Assembly: GCF_023055435.1 (NCBI RefSeq)
Contig: NW_025964383.1
Span: forward strand, 20,646,001-20,710,000
DNA length: 64,000 bases
Reading direction: 5' to 3'
Source: Haliotis rufescens
Lineage: Eukaryota
In this document: piece by piece, positions 23,136-37,250 of the stretch
Layout of the letters: each line of letters opens with the position of its first letter
How positions within the stretch are numbered: position 1 is the stretch's first letter
Position numbers and translations under genes: made by a program
Notes under the pieces: model-generated
Told to the model about the DNA's origin: nothing
The model's database searches: none
Seen by the model: only the letters and a program-made list of their open reading frames with translations

Positions 23136-26100
23136 GCTTCTTGGTTGTCATTTGCTTTCATTTGTCGGTATCGCCGGCCTAATTCCTTATTATTTTTCTA
23201 CCACAGGGAGTTTGGGAGCCAACACTGCCTCTTCAATGAATCGTGAATGCATACCGAAGGGGTTATACATTCTATTGTGCTGGTCAGAAGGAGATGATGT
23301 GCGTAAATGCCAACACTAAGTCGCAGTGTATAGACTTCTACAGGCTTAGTTGATTATTCACTGTTCTAATTTCCGTCGTCTACCCAGTTTACAGACGCTC
23401 AACAAAGAGACACCATAGAAAATCATCAAGGGATAAGCGGGGAAGCCAAACGACCACGTGTTATTACTTTTAAGCTCAAATCGGGCAAGGAGAAGCTTTC
23501 TTTCCTAACAAAACCCAGAGATATCCTTCTCGTATTGAGGAAAATTAAACCGACTGGGGATAGCATGGGATGAGAGGGAAAAGGATGTTTCCCCCTCAAG
23601 CTAGTGTTGGAACACGTAATTTGGCGAGGCATGGCACACGAGCCCCCATGCACTCACATATGAGCTGTTTGTAGTATTGATTCGACTGGTTTTCCTTGTC
23701 AAGCCATCACCCTATCATGTGTATAGGGTTTGAGTTCTTCATTAAGACATGTATCGCTTAGACTGGTATTAATTAAAAATTGATTTTCTTGCTCTTGGCG
23801 TATAATGGCCGGATTAAACGGTATACATCGGCCAGATTCTGTAATCTCCGCCACAGACAACGTATTCATGTTTTATCGTCTGCTTCCATCGCACGACCGG
23901 AAGTGTACTCTCCATACCGGAAGTGTACTCTCTACGTCAGGACATGTCTAGGACACGAGGAACAAATTCTGGCGCTGCCTTCATTGGTTTTCACTTCACC
24001 CGATTTCTTTGATCAAATAAAAGCTCATTTGTGCCGAGGATCCCAAAGATACAGTTACTTCTTGTTTCGTCCTTGATTTCTTCTCTCAAATGAGCTGGAA
24101 ATGGCGCTCATGTGAGATTTCGACTTTTTCACGGAGATGCTAGCCCAAGCGTCAACAAATGAGGCTTCTATAGGAAATAGGAAATTGCCTCTTTCAGTTT
24201 TGTAATGGCTTCACACGCCGTATCAGACAGAAGGGAGATCTTTGTTGACTGGGAGATAGCACCAAAGTTGGAGTTTGTTTGAAAAATTACTTCAACGATT
24301 ACGACTAATTCGTGTGGTATGATTTCGATGAAAAACACCTCTCTTGGACCAACTGCTTTATGAAACGAAAACACTTCCTATGTGGATTATAATGACATTT
24401 TTACTTGAAATAAAAAAGCCTGTTATGAATAATAACTAATCAGATTTCAAAACACAATATGAAGATTTTATCGATTCCACATCAGATAGTGATCCTAGTT
24501 TTCATTGTTCCCCTATCTTCTTTCCGAGCTTGCGTTTCCCCCTCAATCTCTTTATTCAGGCATCGTTAGTTTAAATCTTTTTCCATTTAATGCATTGTAT
24601 TTATTGTAAAGAAGCCATGTCCAAGTTCTTCATTTTATAATGATAAATCTCTGTTGTTGTGTAAAAATACACGATTCGCCTATTACATCACCATTATTAA
24701 CGGAAAATTTATTTTAATCCTTTTGAAATTAGATAGTGTTAGTTTCGACTAGAAAGCTTGTGTTCTGCCGCTTGATGTAACTGAAAATGTAAAGGAATTC
24801 TCTCAGTTGGAGCGATTTTTTTGTAATGAATGCACTTTATCTCAATCATAAACGAAATTCTATTTCAATGATAAACATGTATTTGTATGGAATATGCTTA
24901 GTATTTTTAAAACCAACGTTAGAATATCCCTCGTGTAGGTGTTACAAGTAGGTGTCGTAGTGAAAAAAGCAGATTGGCACGGAAGCGAACTATTATGAGT
25001 TTAACCCCAACCATTACTAGTGCATATGAAATGCCCAAAAGTCATCTTTTAGAAAGAAAAAAAATCTAGTAATTCTTGATTAATTATGTACCACAGGAAA
25101 AATAAATACTGACAACTGCAAGTAAGCCTTTGTCTGCCTTTAAGATACATGCGGTTGACTTAATCCCGGTCTACTGTGGACCGTTGACAAGAGTGAGAAG
25201 AAAGCGTGTATTATCATACAAGTGGGATATTTGCTAATGCTCTATATATATTTGTGTGAGCTATACTGAGAAGTAAATCTTTCTATTTTGAACGAAAGGT
25301 CTAAATAAAATGCCAAAAAATATTACAAGTTACAAATTTAGAGAATAAATAAGCGAAAAACCGGAGTAACAGTAGCATTTGATGTTTGTGGCAGGTAAGT
25401 CTGTCACTGTCTCCTCGCCAATGGCTGGTATTCCATTTGAGGCACGACCAGTACATCAGCAACAATAGAAACTGGTTAAACTCAGGCCACAAAAATTTAA
25501 AAGCTTTTGTCTCCAAACAATGTGAACTACCACAGCGCATTTTTCACGCCTTTTCAAACACAAGCAAAGAGCCGGACTGCGGTCACTGTTTGTCCGTTGA
25601 AGTAGACGTGGTGGCTTAACGTTGCCGCCGTCATTCCGCGCATGACCTATACACCCTACACCAGATCAGCCGTCATATGATGCTTGCTGGGTCTCTGACA
25701 ACAACAGGGAGGTGACAGTACATTGTCTGGGCGACAAAGTTTGAATATTTTAAGGCTAAAAGACCCTCGTAGTAAAACAAAACACGGGCCGTGGTCAGGG
25801 TAAGGTTGGAGAGAGTACCCTTGCTGAACACCCCTGTCAACAGATTTACCATCAACACGCTGCACTGGACGTGGTATCGCGAGATTACTGCATCTCCCCC
25901 CGTGTGATGTTCCGTATCTTTGTCGGGAGGGTGAGCTCGGTTTCAAACCCTAGTAATGCGATTTCAAAGCCCCTGTATTGTTTTTCCTCGACCTGATCTA
26001 CCATGGTTTGAGCTTGTTTGTTCCGTGTGTTCCAGGCTGCAGGGTCGGTCTCTGATTCGTGTTGGCTTTCTCTAATTAGACAGTGCGCCTGGCTTAGCTT

Positions 26101-26484
26101 CGTTTAAAGTTAGAGCGAGACCGCAGCTGGATAAAAAGTTGAACGACAAGGCACAGTTACGAGCGAAATGTCAAATTTTCTTGAAAACATTGCTCAATTT
26201 GCTGTGAAAATGTGGTTGTGTTTTTTACTTCAGATTTGCAAACTGACGGTTGACATATCGGTGTCATTTACACAAACTAGATTGTCGTTTCAATCTATTT
26301 CATAGTTAAGTTGAAGGATCGTGTGTTTTCCTTATTCAAGATTAAAGATTTCATTGGCCCCGTACATTCTAATTACCTACACGTGTATGTGTATCTTTAA
26401 CTTTATATAATCCTTTTGGGATAGGGGACATATTTGAAATAAAGAATAAAAGTAATGTTCCATTTGCCTCCCAAAAAGAGCTAA

Positions 26485-26650
26485 GTGAGTGAGTGAGTTT
26501 GGTTTTACGCCGCTTTTAGCAATATTCCAGCAGTATCACGGCTGGGGGCACCAGAAATGGGCTTCACACATTGTACCCATGTCGGGATTCGAACCCGGGT
26601 CTTCGGCGTGACGAGTGAACGCTTTAACCACTAGGCTACCCAACCGCCCC
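26485..26650 (-). mobile_element. Family D SINE, full length
   Basis: Intact A/B boxes; 19-bp flanking duplication GCTAAGTGAGTGAGTGAGT. Confidence 0.92.
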
Positions 26651-27085
26651 GCTAAGTGAGTGAGTGAGTCAGTGGCCATAAAATGTCCGAGTCCCGGGAT
26701 TCGAGAGAGTTAAAATTTAACGTCGCATCGGCATTATTTCAGCCACATAGGGACGAGAACAAGTTGATATAATTATATACAATTGAATCATGAACATACA
26801 AGGTTTTATTGAAAAACAAATTTGTCAAACAGATTTTATCATAATAATATTATCTAAAATGGTTTCCCGGGATTCGAAACACGGACCTTCTGATGAGGGG
26901 TCCAACGCCTTTTCCGTGGGGTGACCCCACACCCAATAGGATATAAAATGAGAGAACAGTTTAAACTGCAAAATAGTCTTTTATGCCGAATGCTCTCTAT
27001 TTCCCTGGTGTTCTGAAGCACTGAGTACAACAAATTTACATGTGAACGCATGGTATGGGTGTGCCTTCTACTTAAAAATATCATT

Positions 27086-27322
27086 GTGAATGAGTGAGTG
27101 AGTTTAACCCGGCTTTGAACAGTATTCCAGTTATCACGCGGCGTGGCAGCTGAATGTGGGAGGAAAGTGATGCAGGTCTCAGACGTTCTACACTTTGGTG
27201 AAACCCAAGACCACGGGTTTGGTGCTGACAAACCTAGAAACATAAGCGGGGAGAACCGGGATTCGAACCCGCTGAAATAATGTTATAGGAGAGATGCGTC
27301 CCCTTAGACGTCAGGGCCACCA
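27086..27322 (-). mobile_element. Family B SINE with decayed head
   Basis: Matches 1-212 and 44894-45181. Confidence 0.8.
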
Positions 27323-28074
27323 TCATCCACTCATGTCATCATAACGACATTCGTAAACATACTATTGTAAAGTTCATTTTCACATTGTGAGTGTTAAAGT
27401 TTCACACAAGACACCAAAATCGACTGAATCTATTCATCAATTTGTGAATAGAACCCAGGAGCGAACGTACTACCCAATGAGCTAACTCTCCTCCGCAGCC
27501 TTCCCGCATCAGACAGAGATGATTTATGACGTCTATTCTGTCGCTCAGTACACGTCTAATGGCACATATCCCCTGAAGCATAAACACAAGTCTCCGTAAC
27601 TAGACCATGAAAGTGCAAACGGAAACATGAATTATCAATACCCCTCAACCCAAGAGACTAAATATGAAATACTCAATATTTGTCAATATTCAAGGGCGAC
27701 CCGAGTCATCAGCGTTGTATGGCTTCGGCCACTACCACAAGCCTCTGTTGTCCGGCCCATCGCAAACTGACCTCGCCCAGTCGGTTGATTCATGAGCCAT
27801 TCAAGTTAGTTCTCGGTAATGGATGTCGTTCTGTCACATTACGTGTGCTAATCACCAATAATTGTCCGAGCTCATTCAGCCAGTCCCCGCCATCAAGGCT
27901 GCTATTACAGGGGCTTTGTCTTGCCGTCAACTGAAACAGTGTCGGTGTGTCTGTTATACGGCCGTATTTGTCTCCCGCCACAATGCTGACATTATTTATG
28001 GAGGACTACTAAAGCCTCTGAGGATCCCACAACTGTAGAGTGCTTGACAAGATTATAAGACGTAGTGTTGTGAC

Positions 28075-28277
28075 GGGTGCGCGAGATGGGAGGGGTGCGC
28101 GAGATGGGAGGGTGCGCGAGATGGGAGGGGTGCGCGAGATGGGAAGGGTGCGCGAGATGGGAGGGATGCCCGAAATGGGAAGGGTGGCGAGATGGTACGG
28201 ACGCGCGAGATGGGAGGGGTGCGCGAAATGGGAGGGGTGCGCAAGATTTGGAAGGGTGCGCGAGATGGGAGGGATGG
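28075..28277. repeat. 18-bp GC-rich minisatellite
   Basis: Unit GGGTGCGCGAGATGGGAG, about 11 copies. Confidence 0.9.
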
Positions 28278-28513
28278 GGGGGGGGGATGTGGGGATGAGG
28301 TAGGGGCGTATACTTGGCCCTCACAAAGTGTCTTGATGTCGGTTTAAGTACTAATACGGTGTCCAGGTCAAATAACAAAGACATAAGGCTGACAGAAGTC
28401 CTGGGTTCGTTTCCTACATTATGTGAGAACGGTTATTATTGCCTAGCTGTGAAATGGCTGAAGCGAGAGTAAAAGAGGTGCAAATACCCTCCCTCTCAGG
28501 GTAATTCCGGATA

Positions 28514-28650
28514 TGGGAAGAAAGCCCGCAGTGAAACAAGCCTCAGACGTTAACACTTTGGTGAAACCCACAAGCACGGGTATGGTGCTGACAAACCTAA
28601 AAACATATCCGGGGCAAACCGGGATTCCAACCCACGATCATAGGTCTCTG
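28514..28650 (-). mobile_element. Family B internal fragment
   Basis: GGTGAAACCCAC...GGTATGGTGCTGACAAACCTA...CCGGGATTCCAACCCAC. Confidence 0.75.
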
Positions 28651-30261
28651 TCCCAAGAACCTGAAGGGGTAGGTGCAGATTAAATGATGTATACAATCCA
28701 TGATGCCGGAACCTTCGAAAGGGGTGGTGGTGTGGGTGGTGTAAATAACTCGGGGTGGGGACAGAGGTCAATTATAATTTATTATTTTGAGTTGTATGGG
28801 TAATGCGTTGGAGGACAATTCACTGACAGGTGTAACTATGGCCTTGAAAGAGGGCGGTGGAGTCCAATTGAGTCTTGTACAGATTGTCCCAGCTGAACTT
28901 GCCCATTTAGAGAATGGAGACGACTCTTTATTCAGACACAATAATAAATGGGAAATAATTGTTTAATTAGTAATATTTACAATATTCAGAAATATACTGG
29001 CAAAAATTCCGCCCGAAACATCTACCTCGAAATTTAAAAAAAAATCATAACCACTTGCTCGAATTATTTAAAAATAATATATGTACGGTTAGTTTTAGGT
29101 TTTGAGTAAGGGTCAGGGTTAGGGTTGCCCAGGCAAAAATTACGGTCGAAATCTTTCCAATATGGTTACCCATCTCGGGAAAATTTACGTAACCATCTTC
29201 TTTGTATTTGTATCATCATATTCATGCTTGTCAAACTGGTACGACTAAAAAAACTTTTATATGCGATATAAACTGAACTTGAAACATGCAGGGGACGATC
29301 ACACGCCTCCCATCCGTGTGAACCTACTGGGAATGATGAGGATGAATTAAACACGGGTCAAATTACAACCTCCCAAACACATTTAACGACGACACACGTA
29401 AACACGAACAAAGCCGCAGATTCCTTCAATAATGTTTACCCGTCTACAAAGGCTTTTAAAAGGGGAGGTAACCATTACATAGAGTGGATTAATGGATCTC
29501 TGGACAAGGGATTGGTGTGAATTTCAATTAAGTGTCGCCGGATCGGACAATAGGATTACATGCTAGTTTCGCCACTCTCGGTACCTGTCGCTGACAGGCT
29601 ATTGTCTAGTTGATTGTCCGCCTGATAGGCCCACAATGGACTACCCGGATCAAATACCGGTTAAATCCAACCTTAAAAGCCGGGGGTGATCCGCGTTAGT
29701 CACGAAGGGTGTTGGGGAGAATGCTGAAGGTAAGGAGGCGAGGGGGCAACATTGTCAGTCAATACACAGTTACACTACTCGACAAACAAGATTAAGGGGC
29801 ACGGGTTTGTTTCTGGGATTAGAAATAGCGTGGATATTTTTATTTGACATGATATTGAGCAATTTTGGGGACATGCGATCCCTCAACGCTGAAGTGGTTC
29901 GGTGCATCACAGGTGTGGGGTCAAAGGTCACGAAAGCCGCTTTTTGTTGTGTCATAGTTATTAGTCACAGCTTGTAAATGCTTCTTTTGTGTGACGTGGA
30001 CATTGTTTTATTTAGTTAGTTATTTTCTAGATCCAGGAGTGAGCGAATAAAGCAGTCAGCACTGTACCTTAAATCAAATTATGAATTTGTATAGCGCACT
30101 TTCCAATGTATAATTCTTCAGTATACGAGCTTAGACCTTAATAGATCACTACATTTTCATTCTCAGCTCCCTGGGGAGTATACAATCCAAGCTGCTTGTG
30201 AGGCGCTAGACGCTTGGTGAACAGAGGCATAGTTAGAACAAAGTCACATGCCTAAGGTGTG

Positions 30262-30420
30262 TGAGTGAGTGTGGTTTTACGCCGCTTTTGGCAATATTCC
30301 AGCAATATCACGGCGGGGATTCCAGAAATGGGCTTCACACATTGTACCCATGTCGGGATTCGAGCCCGGGTCTTCGGCGTGACGAGCGAACGTTTTAACC
30401 ACTAGGCTACCCGACCGCCC
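30262..30420 (-). mobile_element. Family D SINE, full length
   Basis: Near-identical to the 26485 and 52798 copies. Confidence 0.92.
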
Positions 30421-30641
30421 CTTAATAACTTAAAAAGCAGCTGATTTGATAAAACTTTACAAAAAGTTTTGTATGCATATATTTTAACACAATGAAAACG
30501 CATAACCAACTTTAACTCGAAATCAGAAAAGATGTGTTTTTATCCACCTCCTAACATTTGGAATGAGATTCGAACCCGCACAACGACATTGTTGTGTTTG
30601 ATTATCTCATGCCTAAATACCCAGAACAACTTAATTTGATT

Positions 30642-30886
30642 NNNNNNNNNNNNNNNNNNNNNNNNNNNNNNNNNNNNNNNNNNNNNNNNNNNNNNNNNNN
30701 NNNNNNNNNNNNNNNNNNNNNNNNNNNNNNNNNNNNNNNNNNNNNNNNNNNNNNNNNNNNNNNNNNNNNNNNNNNNNNNNNNNNNNNNNNNNNNNNNNNN
30801 NNNNNNNNNNNNNNNNNNNNNNNNNNNNNNNNNNNNNNNNNNNNNNNNNNNNNNNNNNNNNNNNNNNNNNNNNNNNNNNNNNNNNN
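30642..30886. other. Assembly gap (245 N)
   Basis: Run of N. Confidence 1.
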
Positions 30887-32339
30887 TATTACTGATACGG
30901 TATCAAATGATATTCACTATATGTTCCCGATAACATAATCAACCTCGTAAACAGAAAATGAAAACAATCAAGAAGGGATCTGTTTACTCATAATTCATGA
31001 CAATTAATCACCAGCTTTACGATTAACTTTATAAAGTAAATTACCGTCTTATTAGTGTTGATCGTGTAGAAAGGTCAGATTGTGATTTTCGCCTCGAGTG
31101 CCGCCCGAGGGTAGATCCACGGACAAACGATGTCTCAGTACTCGCTATTGAGGTTGATACAATTTAGCAACACAAAACACGTCCTGGTCTTGTTCTTATT
31201 CTAGTGGTGTGGTTCATCTGGACGGACAATAATTTGATTGTAGCGCTTACCTTTTGCTATCAGGGACCGATTATACAATTGACAAAACAAATAAATGACT
31301 TTGACAGAGGGGGCCACGGAAAGGAGACGAGAGATTTCGTCCCCCGTAATTTAATTCCCTGTCGATTTAGACGCTAATCTAACATTTAATTGAACTAAAT
31401 AGCTTTCGGCTCTTGTTTTTAATTGATGAAAGGACCAATCAAATGAGGCCGAAAATAGACGGATCTCCGCACGTGAAGGGTGGAATCTCCACACATGTAA
31501 TAAGGAAGCTTTAACTCAAATGTAATTTCAATTTTCCGCAGGGGGATCTTTTTAGGCTTATTACCTTCCATTTTGTCCAAGTCCAAATTCCCCATTCTGT
31601 CTCTGAATGAGATATGAGAGAGGATTTTCTATTGCATGAAGTGTTTCTGAAGTATGCATGTTCGTATTTGTCTTGTCCCCTCGGGTCCCCAGTTCCCCAT
31701 GCCGGCATTGAGTTTATTTCTCCGCATTATAAAGACACGAGCGATCTTTATAATGACACTGGATAAAGCCATTTGTATTCCTGGACCTTGTCAAACCATT
31801 TAGATGCAGTTTATTGGCGCAAAATTAGCACTAATTGAAAAGCCCGCCTTGTTAAATTGTCCCTAAACTGCCCCCAGCCCTGCAGCAAGGGACATAAATT
31901 GATTTGAAGAGCGTGAAGCATTGTTACCAGAGAATGGAGCACATTGCCGTCTATGGAAGGTTGCAGCAGACAAATACAAACACATATTAACTAGACGTGA
32001 CACAAATACCACTGTTGACGAGCGGTGGTAACAGTATATAGCTTCTGTATGGCAATATCCCGCTGTTGTTTACTATAGACTTTATGCTACAGCTTGGCGT
32101 TCCTGTGTCAATGTTGATTGTTAATACGTATTGTCAGCACATACTATAAATATCCCTGTTCCATAATTTGATACACTCGGGAACGACTTCTTTGTGTGGT
32201 AGCTTTACACGTATTTGCACATTTTCAACATTTTCCAACATGCATATGTTTAACAAAAATATATATGTAAGATATTCGCTTGTGATCTACAAAATGTTTA
32301 AGACTTTCTTTAAACACATGAAGCAATTTCTGCTTTATG

Positions 32340-35300
32340 CATATACACTGCACCGGTCATGAATACGGATGACCATATACACTACAATGGTCATGAATCA
32401 CAGATGACCATATACACTACACCGTCATGAATCACAGATGACCATATACACTACACCGGTCATGAATCACAGATGACCATATACACTACACCGGTCATGA
32501 ATCATAGATGACCTTACACACTACAACGGTCATGAATCATAGATGACCTTATATACTACACTGGTCATGAATACGGATGACCATATACACTACACCGGTC
32601 ATGAATCACAGATGACCATATACACTACACCGGTCATGAATCACAGATGACCATATACACTTCACCGGTCATGAATCACAGATGACCATATACACTACAC
32701 CGGTCATGAATCACAGATGACCATATACACTACACCAGTCATGAATCAAAGATGACCATATACACTACACCGGTCATGAATACAGATGACCATCACATAC
32801 AATACACCGGTCATCTATACGGATAACAACATACACTACACCGGTCATGAATCACAGATGACCATATACACTACACCGGTCATGAATCACAGATGACCAT
32901 ATACACTACACCAGTCATGAATCAAAGATGACCATATACACTACACCGGTCATGAATACAGATGACCATCACATACAATACACCGGTCATCTATACGGAT
33001 AACAACATACACTACACCGGTCATGAATCACAGATGACCATATACACTACACCGGTCATGAATCACAGATGACCATATACACTACAATGGTCATGAATAC
33101 GGAAGACCATATACACTACACCGGTCATGAATACAGATGACCATATACACTACAATGGTCATGAATACGGAAGACCATATACACTACACCGGTCATGAAT
33201 CACAGATGACCATATACACTACACCGGTCAACTATACGGATGACCATATACACTACACTGGTCATGAATCACAGATGACCATATACACTGCACCGGTCAT
33301 GAATACAGATGACCATATACACTACAATGGTCATGAATACGGAAGACCATATACTCTACAATGGTCATGAATCACAGATGACCATATACACTACACCGGT
33401 CAACTATACGGATGACCATATACACTACACCAGTCATGAATACGGATGACCATATACACTGCACCGGTCATGAATACGGATGACCATATACACTACAATG
33501 GTCATGAATACGGATGACCATAAACACTACACCGGTCACGAATACAGATGACCATATACACTACAATGGTCATGAATACGGATGACCATATACACTGCAC
33601 CGGTCATGAATACGGATGACCATATACACTACACCGGTCATGAATCACAGATGACCATATACACTACACCAGTCATGAATCAAAGATGACCATATACACT
33701 ACACCGGTCATGAATACAGATGACCATCACATACAATACACCAGTCATCTATACGGATGACAACATACACTACACCGGTCATAAATCACAGATGACCATA
33801 TACACTACACCGGTCATGAATCACAGATGACCATATACACTACAATGGTCATGAATACGGATGACCATATACACTGCACCGGTCATGAATACGGATGACC
33901 ATATACACTACACCGGTCATGAATACAGATGACCATATACACTACAATGGTCATGAATACAGACCATATACACTGCACCGGTCATGAATACGGATGACCA
34001 TATACACTACAACGGTCATGAATACGGATGACGGATGACCATATACACTACACCGGTCATGAATACAGATGACCATATACACTACACCGGTCATGAATAC
34101 GGATGACCATATACACTGCACCAGTCATGAATCACATATGACATTATACACCACACCGGTCATGAATAGGGATGACCATGTGCACTACAATGGTAGTGAA
34201 TCACAGAACTATATGCACTACACCGGTCATGAATCACAGATGACCTTATACACTACACCGGTCATGAATCACAGATGACCATATACACTACACCGGTCAT
34301 GAATCACAGATGACCATATACACTACACCGGTCATGAATACAGATGACCATATACACTACACCGGTCATGAATACGGTTGACCATATACACTACACCGGT
34401 CATGAATACGGTTGACCATATACACTACACCGGCCATGAATACGGTTGACCTTATACATTACACCGGTCATGAATCACAGATGACCTTATACACTTCACC
34501 GGTCATGAATCACAGATGACCATATACACTACACCGGTCATGAATACGGATGACCATATACACTACACTGGTCATGAATATGGATGACCATATACACTAC
34601 AATGGTCATGAATACGATTGACCTTATACACTACAACGGTCATGAATACGGATGACCTTATACACTACGCCGGTCATGAATACAGTTGACCTTATACACT
34701 ATTCCAGTCATGAATACAGTTGACCTTATACACTACGCCGGTCATGAATCACAGATGACCATATACACTACACCAGTCATGAATACGGATGACCATATAC
34801 ACTACAATGGTCATGAATCACAGATGAACATATACAGTACAATGTTCATGAATACAGATGACCATATACACTACAATGGTCATGAATCACAGATGACCAT
34901 ATGCAGTACAATGGTCATGAATCACACATGAACATATACACTACAATGTTCATGAATACGGATGACCATATACACTACAATAGTCATGAATCACAGATGA
35001 CCATATACAGTACAATGTTCATGAATACAGATGACAATATACACTACAATGGTCATGAATCATAGATGAACATATACACTGCAATGTTCATGAATACGGA
35101 TGACCATATACACTACAATGGTCATGAATCACAGATGACCATATAGAGCACAATGTTCATGAATCACAGATGACGTTATACACTACAATGGTCATGAATC
35201 ACAGATGACCATATACACTACACCGGTCATGAATCACAGATGACCTTATACACTACACCGGTCATGAATCACAGATGACCATATACACTACACCGGTCAT

Positions 35301-35935
35301 GAATACAGATGACCATATACACTACAATGGTCATGAATCACAGATGACCATATACACTACACCGGTCATGAATCACAGATGACCATATACACTTCACCGG
35401 TCATGAATCACAGATGACCATATACACGACAATGGTCATGAATCACAGATGACCATATACACTACAATGGTTATGAATCACAGATGACCATATACACTAC
35501 AATGGTCATGAATCATAGATGAACATATACACTGCAATGTTCATGAATACGGATGACCATATACACTACAATGGTCATGAATCTTAGATGAACATATACA
35601 CTGCAATGTTCATGAATACGGATGACCATATACACTACAATGGTCATGAATTACAGATGACCATATAGAGTACAATGTTCATGAATCACAGATGACGTTA
35701 TACACTACACTGGTCATTAATCACAGATGGCCATATACACTACAATGGTCATGAATCACAGATGACCATATACACTACACCGGTCATGAATCACAGATGA
35801 CCATATACACTTCACCGGTCATGAATCACAGATGACCATATACACGACAATGGTCATGAATCACAGATGACCATATACACTACAATGGTTATGAATCACA
35901 GATGACCATATACACTACAATGGTCATCAATACCT
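32340..35935. repeat. 34/35-bp satellite, about 100 units
   Basis: Unit ATATACACTACACCGGTCATGAATCACAGATGACC, with internal inverted GGTCAT/ATGACC. Confidence 0.97.
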
Positions 35936-37250
35936 GCTGATTATATACACTAGAAATATTACACATCAGCGATGAGCACATGGCCAAACATTTACTTATC
36001 ATAAAAGATCATAAACCCTGCAACTCTAAATACTCTGATCAAAACACATGACATAAATGATCGTATACACTATAGCAAATAATACATGATCTTATACACT
36101 ACGACAAACCATAAATGATGTTATACTCTACTACAAATCATAAATGATATTACACACTATTACAAATTATAAATAATATTAAACACTATTACAAATCATA
36201 AATGATCTTACATGTACACACTACACTATTACAAATAATAAATGATCTTACACTCTACAGCTATTACAAATAATATAATATCCTCAACACTATTACAAAC
36301 CATTAATGGTCTTATAACACTATTACAAATAATAAATTATTTTATACTCTATTACAAAGCAAAAGTGTTCGTCCACACTATTAGGCCAAATAATTGATTT
36401 TGTATAAGTATTACAAACCATTAATGGTCTTATACACTACACTATTACAAATAAAAAATGATCTTCAACATTATTGCAAATAATAAATGATCTTGTACTC
36501 TACAGCTATTGCAAATAATGATTTAATACAAACCATTGATGGTCTTATAGCACTATTACAAAAAGTAAATGATCTCATTCACAATTGAAAACCATAAATG
36601 AACTTGTACACTATAGATAAAATATAAATGACCTTATACACTATTGTCATGTTATGCACTATTACAAACTATTAATGGTCTTATAACACTATTACAAATA
36701 ATAAATTATTTTATACTCTATTACAAAGCAAAAGTGTTCGTCCACACTATTAGGCCAAATAATTGATTTTGTATAAGTATTACAAACCATTAATGGTCTT
36801 ATACACTACACTATTACAAATAAAAAATGATCTTATACTTTATTGCAAATAATAAATGATCTTATACTCTACAGCTATTGCAAATAATAAATGATTTAAT
36901 ACACTATTACAAACCAGGAATGGTCTTATAACACTATTACAAATAATAAATGATCTTATACACTACACAATTACAAATAATAAATGATCTTATACACTAT
37001 TACAAACCATAAATGATCTTATACACTACACAATTACAAATAATAAATGATCTTCAACATTATTGCAAATAATAAATGATCTTGTACTCTACAGCTATTG
37101 CAAATAAAACATGATTTAATACACTATTACAAACCATTAATGGTCTTATAGCACTATTACAAAAAGTAAATGATCTCATTCACAATTGAAAACCATAAAT
37201 GAACACTATAGATAAAATATAAATGACCTTATACACTATTGTCATGTTAT
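35936..37250. repeat. Degenerate 29-34-bp transitional satellite
   Basis: Unit about AATAAATGATCTTATACACTATTACAA; block at about 36290-36530 repeated about 369 bp downstream. Confidence 0.85.

Noticed and set aside
26871-26910. Hammerhead-like GAAAC...CTGATGAG
   Set aside because: Too few bases between the motifs for stems I and III; it looks like a decayed minus-strand tRNA-SINE head.
30594-30938. 114-aa ORF
   Set aside because: Spans the N gap.
32340-35935. CRISPR-like array (35-bp palindromic repeats)
   Set aside because: No unique spacers, no cas genes, eukaryotic context; the same applies to the 50- and 52-bp arrays.
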